42,434 nt of DNA from an uncultured Candidatus Saccharibacteria bacterium. GTDB taxonomy: Bacteria; Patescibacteriota; Minisyncoccia; Phycocordibacterales; WO2-35-19. The translations under genes and the position numbers were made by a program. Below are positions 15,665-23,564 of this stretch, in pieces (positions within the stretch are counted from its first letter, which is position 1; every line of letters starts with the position of its first letter). The stretch is from positions 1 through 42,434 of the forward strand of contig CAYIPT010000002.1 of NCBI GenBank assembly GCA_964365465.1. Reading direction: 5' to 3'. The notes below the pieces were generated by a model, which worked only from the letters and a program-made list of their open reading frames with translations, made no database searches and was not told the origin of the DNA.

Positions 15665-16186
15665 TTAATTGGGTACTGGCAATCCTAATTTTTGCAAAGG
15701 CAAATATTCAAAATAATATTGGCAACCAACAGAAATTATATAATCCAAGACATCTTTATAAACTGGATTTTTGAACCATTCGCTTAAAATATAAATGTAT
15801 TCAACTTCTATATTTAGAGGAGCCATCAGTTTAGCGTATTGTTTCCTTTTGAAATCGCAAGTTTGCAATTTTTCATCAACCGAACCAGCAACTTTTTGAA
15901 ACTTAACCTCAATGACAAACAGTGTGTTATTTATGATCACATACAGGGCTTCGTCTGGGAGTAATTTTTTTGAAAGAATTTTTTTATAGTCAACTTTTTG
16001 AGATTCAAGAAATTTATATAGAGCATTTTTCCTATAACTTCTAGCTACTTCTTTCTTTTCGTAAAAAATAACATTGCCTTTTACTTCATATCCTTTCTTC
16101 TTTTTTAAGAGCTGTAGAATATCCGTTTCTTTTTCAAAATTAAGTCCTGTTATTGTGTTTCCTCCGCCAACCCCTTTTTCTATCAT
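15665..16186 (-). CDS. Type II restriction endonuclease candidate (PD-(D/E)XK)
   Basis: 173 aa. LPDEALYVIINNTLFVIEVKFQK fits a D...ExK motif. It starts 11 nt after the methyltransferase stop. Confidence 0.55.
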   Translation of the reverse strand: MIEKGVGGGNTITGLNFEKETDILQLLKKKKGYEVKGNVIFYEKKEVARSYRKNALYKFLESQKVDYKKILSKKLLPDEALYVIINNTLFVIEVKFQKVAGSVDEKLQTCDFKRKQYAKLMAPLNIEVEYIYILSEWFKNPVYKDVLDYIISVGCQYYFEYLPLQKLGLPVPN

Positions 16187-16197
16187 GTTATTTTTTA

Positions 16198-17019
16198 TTA
16201 AATTTTTAAATCCCCAAATCTTTTTTTTGATAATTCCAAATAGTTTTTTTCCATGTCTATACCGATAAACTTTCTGTCATTCAAGGCGGAAGCAATACCA
16301 GTGGTAGAACTGCCCGTGAAAGGATCAAGCACTACATCCCCCTTATTAGTACTAGATAACACGATCCTTCTTAAAAGATCAAGTGGTTTTTGTGTTGGGT
16401 GTTTGCCATATTTTTTCTCCTCTGGTTTTGGTGGATTAACAGACCAAACAGAACGCATTTGCAAATTTGGCTTTTTCAATTTATCTTCTATCCAATCCCC
16501 ATTTTTCATTAAATCGTAATTGAAAGTATGCTTGGCTTTTTTCTCTTTTCTTGCCCAAATAATCGTCTCGTGGCTGGCAGTAAAAAATCGGCAACTTAAA
16601 TTTGGCGAAGCATTTGGTTTGAACCAAGAAATGTCATTTAAGATGTGATAACCGAGAGATTGCAAAGCGTGTCCGCATTGATAAATTGAATGGTATGTTC
16701 CGCTTACCCAGAGCGTTCCGCTTGGTTTTAATACTCTCTTGCATGCCTCAAGCCAGCGATAATGAAAATCATAGTCATCATTAAAACCTTTGCTTATGTC
16801 CCAAAATCCTTTGTTTACACTTACCATTCTTCCTGCATGAACGGTAAATCCTCCATTTGAAAGATTGTATGGAGGATCGGCAAAAATCATATCAATAGAA
16901 TTATCTGGCAATTGGGAAAGAATACTTAAGCAATCACCTAAATACAGCACAAAATTGCCACTTATAAAATATGGTCTATTTTGAACTATTGAAAGTATTT
17001 TTCTTTCGGCTACTACCAT
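16198..17019 (-). CDS. DNA N6-adenine (or N4-C) methyltransferase, beta-type order
   Basis: 273 aa. IFADPPYNL (motif IV) comes first and DPFTGSSTTGIAS (motif I) lies near the C-terminus. Confidence 0.9.
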   Translation of the reverse strand: MVVAERKILSIVQNRPYFISGNFVLYLGDCLSILSQLPDNSIDMIFADPPYNLSNGGFTVHAGRMVSVNKGFWDISKGFNDDYDFHYRWLEACKRVLKPSGTLWVSGTYHSIYQCGHALQSLGYHILNDISWFKPNASPNLSCRFFTASHETIIWARKEKKAKHTFNYDLMKNGDWIEDKLKKPNLQMRSVWSVNPPKPEEKKYGKHPTQKPLDLLRRIVLSSTNKGDVVLDPFTGSSTTGIASALNDRKFIGIDMEKNYLELSKKRFGDLKI

Positions 17020-17091
17020 AATTACTAAATTATAGCATCAAATTCTTTTTGAAGATAACAAAACAAAACGCATATACCAGAAAATCAAGTG

Positions 17092-17162
17092 CTGGGAGGG
17101 AAGGAATCGGACCTTCATACACAGCTTCAAAGGCTGTTGTCCTACCGTTAGACGACCTCCCA
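17092..17162 (-). tRNA. tRNA-Gln (UUG)
   Basis: Hand fold: acceptor UGGGAGG/CCUCCCA, D arm GUCU-AACGGUA-GGAC, anticodon arm ACAGC-CUUUGAA-GCUGU, T arm GAAGG-UCCGAUU-CCUUC. No encoded CCA. Confidence 0.8.
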
Positions 17163-17166
17163 ATAT

Positions 17167-17418
17167 TTATTTTTCAATTTTTAACTTTCCTTCCATTATT
17201 TCTCTACCGTACCCAGTTTTATAAAATTTTTCAGCCCGCTTTGCTAAACTGTAAGAAGTATAAGCCTCATAATACATTAATTCAAATGGCCCGTTGTTCT
17301 TCGTGTACTTTCCTCCTGTTCCACTATTATGTTCCGCAAATCTCCTTTTTAAATTATCTGTAGAGCCACAATAGAACCGGCTATTCTTCTTACTTCTTAA
17401 AATATAAGTATAAAACAT
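17167..17418 (-). CDS. GIY-YIG nuclease family protein (YhbQ-like)
   Basis: MFYTYILRSKKNSRFYCGSTDNLKRRFAEHNSG...YYEAY. The track ORF N-terminal extension (to 17481) runs through a tRNA fragment and a GC-rich insert. The stop lies 4 nt before the tRNA-Gln 5' end. Confidence 0.8.
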   Translation of the reverse strand: MFYTYILRSKKNSRFYCGSTDNLKRRFAEHNSGTGGKYTKNNGPFELMYYEAYTSYSLAKRAEKFYKTGYGREIMEGKLKIEK

Positions 17419-17422
17419 GGAT

Positions 17423-17482
17423 TTGTCCTCGCCTCTCCGGCGAGTCGCCGAGGAGGCGACTACCGTTAGACGACCTCCCAAT
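17423..17482 (-). repeat. Duplicated 5' part of tRNA-Gln interrupted by a 32-nt GC-rich palindromic insert
   Basis: 17460-17482 is identical to 17142-17164 (23 nt). ttgtcct at 17423-17429 matches 17137-17143. The intervening ~17428-17459 is tcgcctc...gaggcga. Confidence 0.8.
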
Positions 17483-17485
17483 TTA

Positions 17486-18526
17486 TTACTCTTTATTTAT
17501 ACCACAACTATCTATAATCGCGAGTTCAATGGGTAGTTCGGGTATGGAAGCGTAAGCTTGGCGGGAGTAGGCCTCTAAAAAGGCCAACAATGTTTTGGAA
17601 TTTATATTTTTGGCGGTTTTGGCCAGTTCCGAAAGTTTTTCAAATTCTTCTTCGCCCGTTTCATCTATTATTAAATCTTTTATTTCTTTTGTGTTTGAAA
17701 AACGAAGCAAAAGAACAAAACGCAGAGAGCGCAAAATCATTTTTAAAAAAACCTGCATATCGGCATTTTCTTCACCAGCTTTTCTTACCGCCCCAATCCC
17801 CTTTTCCGCATTTTGTTCGGTAATACTTTCTAAGACCTCCAAAATAAAATCGACTTTGGGCGCTCCCAAGACCTTTTCAACCTCGGCGTGCGACAACTTT
17901 TTATCTGCCGATGAATTTATAATTTTTTGCAAAATAGAAAGGGCGTCGCGGAAAGAGCCATCAGCCAAAGTGGCGATAAGCGAAGCGGATCTTTTTTCTA
18001 TTTCATTTTTTTCTTCCTTGCAAACTCTGATGACTGACTCAATCAACATTTGATGAGTCGGTTTTTTAAAGGCGAAACATTCGCAACGGGAGACCATCGT
18101 ATCCGGTAATTTATGCGGCTCAGTGGTGGCCATTATGAAAATCACATGTTTGGGCGGCTCTTCCAAGGTCTTGAGAAAAGCGTTCCAGGCCTCTTTGGTT
18201 AACATGTGGGCTTCATCAACAATATAGACCTTATATTTTGAAGAGTAAGGATAAGTATGAACTGCATCCCTTATTTCTCTAATTTCATCAATACCCCGAT
18301 TGGAAGCGGCGTCTATTTCATAAATGTCTTCATTGTTCACTCCCAGCAATTTGGCAAAAATGCGGGCCACGCTTGTCTTACCTGTTCCTCTGCTTCCTGA
18401 AAACAAATAAGCGTGAAAGACCTTTCCCGTCTTGGCTTCGTTTTCCAAAACGCTCACAATATGCTCTTGCCCTTTTATTTCCTCAAACTTTGTAGGGCGG
18501 TATTTTCTATATAAAGCGATTTCCAT
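17486..18526 (-). CDS. dnaX: DNA polymerase III subunit gamma/tau (short form)
   Basis: 346 aa. GSRGTGKTSVARIFAK is Walker A, YIVDEAHMLT is Walker B, and SRC is present. Confidence 0.9.
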   Translation of the reverse strand: MEIALYRKYRPTKFEEIKGQEHIVSVLENEAKTGKVFHAYLFSGSRGTGKTSVARIFAKLLGVNNEDIYEIDAASNRGIDEIREIRDAVHTYPYSSKYKVYIVDEAHMLTKEAWNAFLKTLEEPPKHVIFIMATTEPHKLPDTMVSRCECFAFKKPTHQMLIESVIRVCKEEKNEIEKRSASLIATLADGSFRDALSILQKIINSSADKKLSHAEVEKVLGAPKVDFILEVLESITEQNAEKGIGAVRKAGEENADMQVFLKMILRSLRFVLLLRFSNTKEIKDLIIDETGEEEFEKLSELAKTAKNINSKTLLAFLEAYSRQAYASIPELPIELAIIDSCGINKE

Positions 18527-18593
18527 ATTCTGTATTCTATACTAAAATTTAAAATAACTCATCCCTAACCCTTCCCTTACAACAAGGGAAGGG
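18527..18593 (-). promoter_or_regulatory. Promoter cassette copy upstream of dnaX
   Basis: Minus-sense CCCTTCCCTTGTTGTAAGGGAAGGGTTAGGGATGAGTTATTTT...TAGAAT-7nt-ATG. The hairpin is at 18569-18593. Confidence 0.45.
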
Positions 18594-18603
18594 AATCCGA
18601 GCT

Positions 18604-18646
18604 CCCTCTTGTTGTAAGAGGGGGTTGGGGGCGTTATAATCATGGT
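18604..18646 (+). promoter_or_regulatory. Promoter cassette copy upstream of ddl
   Basis: Hairpin CCCTCTT-GTTGT-AAGAGGG, -35 TTGTAA (18612-18617), 17-nt G-rich spacer, -10 TATAAT (18635-18640), 6 nt, then ATG at 18647. Confidence 0.55.
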
Positions 18647-19627
18647 ATGAGTTTTTCTACAAAAATCCGAGTCGGAGTTTTGCGGGGTGGGCCGTCGTCG
18701 GAGTATGGGGTGTCGCTCAATACTGGCAAAACTATTTTGGCAAACTTGCCGGAAGAATATGAACCATTGGATGTTTTTATTTCTAAAGATGGTATTTGGC
18801 ATACTGGAGGTTTGGAAAAAAAACCTTATGATATTTTAAAAACAATTGATGTGGCGGTAAACGCAATGCATGGCGCCTATGGTGAAGATGGCGCGGTTCA
18901 AAAATTTTTAGAAAACTTTGGCATCCCCTACACCGGTTCGGACTCCATGGCTTCGGCTTTGGGTATGAATAAAATAATGTCTAAAAATATTTTTAATAAT
19001 TACAACCTCAAAACCCCGCAATACATAATTGTGGATAAAGACGAAAACCAAAATATTTTAATAAAAAAAATAAACGAATCATTGCCCTTCCCCATTATCA
19101 TAAAACCCGTAAATTCCGGCTCTTCCTTGGGGATTTCTTTTGTTGATAAAGTTAGCGATATAAAAAACGCTTTGGAGGAATCTTTTAGGCACTCTCCCAA
19201 ACTTATGGTTGAAGAATATATAAACGGCAAAGAAGCCACTTGCGGAGTGATTGAAGATTTTCGCAAGAGTCCTCTTTATTCCCTTTTGCCTGTGGAAGTA
19301 ATTTCGCAAAAAAATAAATATTTCCACGATTATGATTCAAAATATGCGGATTTAGAATCAAGATATAAATTACCGGGCAATTTTAGAGAAGATGAAAATG
19401 AACAAATAAAAAAAGCGGCCGCTTTAATACACAAAATTTTAGGTTTGAGGCATTACTCCCGTTCCGATTTTATTATTCATCCAAGGCGCGGACTTTTTGT
19501 TTTAGAAGTCAACACTCTGCCGGAACTTTCCCACCGATCTTCTTTTATAAAGTCCCTGGAAGCCGTTGGCGGTAACATAAAAGAATTTCTCTCCCACCTG
19601 CTCGCCAAAACTTTAGGCAGGAAATGA
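18647..19627 (+). CDS. ddl: D-alanine--D-alanine ligase
   Basis: 326 aa. RVGVLRGGPSSEYGVSLNTG, an ATP-grasp core and a C-terminal EVNTLPE. Confidence 0.9.
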   Translation: MSFSTKIRVGVLRGGPSSEYGVSLNTGKTILANLPEEYEPLDVFISKDGIWHTGGLEKKPYDILKTIDVAVNAMHGAYGEDGAVQKFLENFGIPYTGSDSMASALGMNKIMSKNIFNNYNLKTPQYIIVDKDENQNILIKKINESLPFPIIIKPVNSGSSLGISFVDKVSDIKNALEESFRHSPKLMVEEYINGKEATCGVIEDFRKSPLYSLLPVEVISQKNKYFHDYDSKYADLESRYKLPGNFREDENEQIKKAAALIHKILGLRHYSRSDFIIHPRRGLFVLEVNTLPELSHRSSFIKSLEAVGGNIKEFLSHLLAKTLGRK

Positions 19628-19628
19628 T

Positions 19629-20351
19629 TTAATGGTCCTCTTTTTCCTCTTCCTCTTCCTCTTCCTCTTCCTCTTCTTGTTTTTGTTTTTTGGATTCGCG
19701 TCCGTCTTCATCCAATTTCTTTTTCAATTCTGAACGGACTTCAGAAACCATCTGATCCAGTTCTTTTTTAATTTCATCCTTTGTGTCGCCGCTGTTTGAT
19801 AATTCGGTGATTGTTTTTTCGTGTTCGGTCAGCATAGTTCTAAAATCAGAATGTATTTCTGAGGCGTCTTTTTCGCGTCCTCTGTTTCTCAATTCGTTTA
19901 TGTTATTTGTTGCCTCTTGGACTTGTTCTTGAAAATTATCCCCTATTTTTTTTCCATCTCCTTTATCAAGCTGTCTGTTTGAAGTGACGATTTGCTCAAC
20001 TTCCTGCAGACGAGAGATGGCGTGGGATATTTCAATTTGGGCTTTGGTTTTTGAATCTATGGCGATCATTGATTCTACTTTTTCATTTAGCATTTTGATG
20101 GAGTACAGTTTGTCTCCCGGCAAAGATTTTTTGGCCGCAAAAGCGGCGCTACCGGCTAAGGCAAAAATAAGAATAAAAGCGATTGGCGCCATAACCATTC
20201 TATATCTAAAAATAAACCACGAATTATAAAAAGGCGACGGAATATTTTTTATTGGATTTTCTGCCACAAAAGTTTGCAAAGCGGAAAAAATCTTGGCTTT
20301 TTCATCCGGATTAAGCGCCTCCTTTTTTATTTTTTTAAATAATTTTTCCAT
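19629..20351 (-). CDS. Putative anti-sigma factor / DUF5667-like membrane protein with a poly-Glu tail
   Basis: 240 aa with one TM segment and a PGDKLYSIK motif. It overlaps the ECF sigma gene by 17 nt. The C-terminus is QEEEEEEEEEEEKEDH. Confidence 0.55.
   Translation of the reverse strand: MEKLFKKIKKEALNPDEKAKIFSALQTFVAENPIKNIPSPFYNSWFIFRYRMVMAPIAFILIFALAGSAAFAAKKSLPGDKLYSIKMLNEKVESMIAIDSKTKAQIEISHAISRLQEVEQIVTSNRQLDKGDGKKIGDNFQEQVQEATNNINELRNRGREKDASEIHSDFRTMLTEHEKTITELSNSGDTKDEIKKELDQMVSEVRSELKKKLDEDGRESKKQKQEEEEEEEEEEEKEDH
19646..19675. repeat. Hexanucleotide microsatellite (cctctt)x5
   Basis: Five perfect tandem units encoding the poly-Glu tail. Confidence 0.9.
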
Positions 20352-20856
20352 TTATTATTTCTTTCAATTTTTTAATGCCCCTATTTATTTGGACGGAAAC
20401 CGCATTATCTGTCCGGCCGACTATTTCTGCTATCTCGGAAATGCTTTTACTTTCCGCATATCTTAAGAACAAAACTTCCGAATAAATTTCAGGCAACTCT
20501 TTTATTAGTTCCATCGCCTGTTTGCCATCCATCTTATCAATCAAAGAATCCGTGTCGTCAAAGCCGGGATCGTAGCCGAATTCTTCCGAAAGGGTTTCCA
20601 AAGATTCGTTTTTATCTTCTCTTCGACTCTGTTTTCGATATTCGTCTATGATTGTGTTGCCGGCCGTTTTATACAAAAACGCCCTCATATTGTCAATTTT
20701 ACCACCCTTTGAAATGAAAACCCACGTTTTCATAAAAATTTCCTGCACCAGATCTGTGGCTTTTTCTCTGTCACTCAGTTTGAAAAGAGCGAATCGAAAT
20801 ATTTCATCCGAATAAGCGTTGTATGAATCAAAGAATTTTTTTTCCAAACTTTTCAT
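20335..20856 (-). CDS. ECF-type RNA polymerase sigma factor (sigma-70 family, group 4)
   Basis: 173 aa. Region 2 is DLVQEIFMKTWVF and region 4 is SISEIAEIVGRTDNAVSVQINRGIKKLK. Confidence 0.85.
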   Translation of the reverse strand: MKSLEKKFFDSYNAYSDEIFRFALFKLSDREKATDLVQEIFMKTWVFISKGGKIDNMRAFLYKTAGNTIIDEYRKQSRREDKNESLETLSEEFGYDPGFDDTDSLIDKMDGKQAMELIKELPEIYSEVLFLRYAESKSISEIAEIVGRTDNAVSVQINRGIKKLKEIINGKII

Positions 20857-20981
20857 ATATATAGACGATAGATTAACAAATTTATTACTGAATTGCCATG
20901 TAAGACGCGCCTTTTATTGGCGTCATAATATTTGCGCGTTGGAGCATTATCGGAATTAATAGTTAATTTAATTTAAAAAAT

Positions 20982-21629
20982 ATGAAAAAGTTAAATAGTA
21001 TGTTTTTGGCAGTTCTGATGTCCTTCTATGGAACGATTGCTATGACTCCTGCATTGGCTTTGGCCAAGTCAGACCATGGAAATAAAGAGAACCACGGTTC
21101 AGTTGTAAGAGCCGTAGCGCGTTCGCATTCTGAAAGCGATGGTCAAAACCATGGTTCTGTGGTTAGCGCCGTGGCTAGGGATAACCATGGTCATGGCGGA
21201 GAAGCAGAGGACGACAACGATAATGAAAACGAACAAGAAGATAATAATAAAAACAGAAACGAAAGAAAACATAATAGAAACAGAAAAAATTATCACGCAA
21301 CTTCAACATCGTCTACCGCAACAACAACCCCTGATATCGTGGCGCCAAGCATTCTCTTTGCCACCAATATTGGGTCTAGCGCAAGTACAACCAACTTGAT
21401 TTGGGTAACAAACGAATCTTCGGACAGCAAGATTTGGATTGGCACAACCACACCGGTTGCCACGACCACTGCGCCGGTAGCCAGCTCAAGCGCTCTCTCT
21501 TATTTCCACAATCTGAGTTTGCCGAACTTGGCCACAAGCACTCTGTATTACTTCACAATCTCAAGCGCAGATAGTTCTGGTAACACCAGATTCTACTCTA
21601 ACTCCTTTACCACTCCTTTCGCTCTATAA
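20982..21629 (+). CDS. Secreted protein with His-rich repeats and an FN3-like C-terminal domain
   Basis: 215 aa with a signal peptide. Repeats are NHGSVVRAVARSH and NHGSVVSAVARDNHGHG. LIWVTNESSDSKIW...TLYYFTISSADSSGN is FN3-like. Confidence 0.6.
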   Translation: MKKLNSMFLAVLMSFYGTIAMTPALALAKSDHGNKENHGSVVRAVARSHSESDGQNHGSVVSAVARDNHGHGGEAEDDNDNENEQEDNNKNRNERKHNRNRKNYHATSTSSTATTTPDIVAPSILFATNIGSSASTTNLIWVTNESSDSKIWIGTTTPVATTTAPVASSSALSYFHNLSLPNLATSTLYYFTISSADSSGNTRFYSNSFTTPFAL

Positions 21630-21648
21630 AATTTGAAGCTGTTTTAGC

Positions 21649-21686
21649 AAAAACACCCCCCAATCCGCGGGGGTGTTTTTGTTTTT
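21649..21686 (+). terminator. Intrinsic terminator
   Basis: aaaaacaccccc-caatccgc-gggggtgttttt followed by gttttt. Confidence 0.8.
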
Positions 21687-21717
21687 GCGTCTCTTTATGT
21701 TATAAATATAACTTGTC

Positions 21718-21793
21718 GGGCCGTTAGCTTAGTTGGTAGAGCGCCACATTTGCAATGTGGAGGTCATCGGTTCAAATCCGATACGGTCCACCA
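21718..21793 (+). tRNA. tRNA-Ala (UGC), CCA encoded
   Basis: GGGCCGU acceptor with a G3:U70 pair, anticodon arm CCACA-UUUGCAA-UGUGG, T loop GGUUCAAAUCC, 3' CCA. Confidence 0.9.
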
Positions 21794-21832
21794 AATAAAT
21801 TATACAATACTTTTAATAAAAATCTATATTAG

Positions 21833-21874
21833 ACGCTCCTCCTTCGCTAAAGCTACGGCGGGACAAGTGAGCGT
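21833..21874. repeat. GC-rich palindromic element related to 13909-13990
   Basis: acgctc...gagcgt stem enclosing CCTTCGCTAAAGCTACGGCGGGACAAGT. Confidence 0.45.
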
Positions 21875-21882
21875 TTAGTATG

Positions 21883-21922
21883 ACAAAAACAAATCCCGTC
21901 TCACAGAAGCATAAGGCGGGAT
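21883..21922 (-). terminator. Intrinsic terminator after the 21959 ORF
   Basis: Minus-sense ATCCCGCC...GACGGGAT hairpin followed by TTGTTTTTGT. Confidence 0.6.
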
Positions 21923-21958
21923 CATTTGTAACAAAACGTGAAAAAAGAACCTATTCAC

Positions 21959-22306
21959 TTACTCTCCTAATCCGTCTTTCTTCCTCTTTCGTCCACAACG
22001 GCTGAAATTGGGAAGATACAAAGGTGACGATCCAGGCAATGTGCCGGAACCAATAAAATTGTCGCCAACAGAAAGAGAAAATACTCTATTCCCGTCAATC
22101 TCTTTTTCCTGAACCCCGTCCTCTAAGATTTTAATCACCTTGGGCGGGGGTGGGTTGGTTGGGCGGCGATAAGGCAAGCAACACATAATTCCTCCAACTA
22201 TTAAAATAACTCTTATTGTAAAAACAAGCAAGTTGTTGCGATTTTTATGAATATTCCTTATAATGCTAAATAAGATGTTTGGCATTGGCGGTAAAAGAAT
22301 ATCCAC
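21959..22306 (-). CDS. Small membrane protein, hypothetical; true start probably internal
   Basis: TM segment LLVFTIRVILIVGGIMCCL followed by a Pro-rich stretch. The track start at 22306 would overlap the divergent hisS start. A terminator follows the ORF. Confidence 0.4.
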   Translation of the reverse strand: MDILLPPMPNILFSIIRNIHKNRNNLLVFTIRVILIVGGIMCCLPYRRPTNPPPPKVIKILEDGVQEKEIDGNRVFSLSVGDNFIGSGTLPGSSPLYLPNFSRCGRKRKKDGLGE

Positions 22307-23564
22307 CGAAAATTACAAAGGAGTGCGGGATTTTTATCCGCAGGACCAGGCGGTGCAGGATTATATTTTTGGCGTGATGAGCAAAGTGGCGCGGTCTTGG
22401 GGTTATGAAGAATACGGCGCCTCTATTTTGGAACCGCTGGAACTTTATAAATCAAAAACCAGCGAGGAAATTGTTAATGAACAAATATATTCTTTTACCG
22501 ACCGCGGCGGCCGAGAGGTGGCTCTGCGTCCGGAGATGACGCCAACAGCGGCTAGAATGATAGCCGCCAAAATCCAGGAATTGCCCGCTCCCATCCGCTG
22601 GTATTCAATTCCAAATGTTTTTCGCTATGAAAAGCCCCAACGCGGCCGTTTACGGGAGCACTGGCAGCTGAATGCGGATATATTTGGTGTCTCAGATTTT
22701 TTGGCTGAAGTGGAAATCATTTCTTTGGCCTTTGACATCATGAAAGAATTTGGGGCTGAAGAAAAGGACTTCCTTATCAGAATAAATAGCCGCCTTCTTT
22801 TAGATGATGTTTTTAAGAAAATAAATATAGCTGATGACCGAAGACAGTTTGTTTACCGTCTTTTGGACAAAAAGGAGAAAATGTCGGATGGGAGCTTCAG
22901 GCATTCGCTGGTAACATTAATCGGAGAAAAAAGCGCTGAAGAACTGTTGGGAACTCTTTATTTTGGCGAGGGATTATTGACCATAATGGGCCAGAGTCCG
23001 GCGGCAAAACGCCTAAACCAAATTATTGAAATGCTGCGAAAAAACGGCATCCCCAATCTGATTTTTGCGCCGACGCTTACCCGCGGGTTTGATTATTACA
23101 CCGGCGTTGTTTTTGAAGTTTTTGACACCAATAAAGAAAATCCCCGCTCTCTTTTCGGCGGCGGCCGATATGACGATCTTATTAATTCTTTCTCCGGTCA
23201 GCCGGTTCCCGCCTTTGGTTTTGGTATGGGAGATGTAACTACTCGGGATTTCTTGGAAGTGCACAAACTGTTGCCTAAAATTAACTCCACTACCGATATT
23301 TACATATGCGTAGTCCCGGAAACAAGTATAGAGGAAGTGAACAAAATAGCTAAAGTTCTAAGAGAGAAAAAAATAAATGTGGCTGTGGATATTAGCGGGA
23401 AAAAATTGACTGACCAGCTCAAGTCCTTAGATAAAAGAGATATTCCTTTTGTTATGGCCATTGGTTCGGAGGAAATCAAAACTCAAAATTTCACTATCAG
23501 AAACACTGGAACTAGAAAAGAAAAATCGGGCGGGCTTGATGAAATTATAAAATGCGTAAAATAG
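22263..23564 (+). CDS. hisS: Histidine--tRNA ligase
   Basis: KGVRDFYP, class II motif 2 LRPEMT...RYEKPQRGRLREHWQ and motif 3 GFGMG. The likely true start is the ATG at 22275, because TATAAT at 22259-22264 overlaps the 22263 ATG. Confidence 0.9.
   Translation: MLNKMFGIGGKRISTENYKGVRDFYPQDQAVQDYIFGVMSKVARSWGYEEYGASILEPLELYKSKTSEEIVNEQIYSFTDRGGREVALRPEMTPTAARMIAAKIQELPAPIRWYSIPNVFRYEKPQRGRLREHWQLNADIFGVSDFLAEVEIISLAFDIMKEFGAEEKDFLIRINSRLLLDDVFKKINIADDRRQFVYRLLDKKEKMSDGSFRHSLVTLIGEKSAEELLGTLYFGEGLLTIMGQSPAAKRLNQIIEMLRKNGIPNLIFAPTLTRGFDYYTGVVFEVFDTNKENPRSLFGGGRYDDLINSFSGQPVPAFGFGMGDVTTRDFLEVHKLLPKINSTTDIYICVVPETSIEEVNKIAKVLREKKINVAVDISGKKLTDQLKSLDKRDIPFVMAIGSEEIKTQNFTIRNTGTRKEKSGGLDEIIKCVK

Noticed and set aside
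17419-17481. N-terminal 21-aa extension of the GIY-YIG ORF (MGGRLTVVASSATRRRGEDKS)
   Set aside because: It is encoded by the duplicated tRNA fragment and the GC-rich palindromic insert. The family-typical start is MFYTYIL at 17418.
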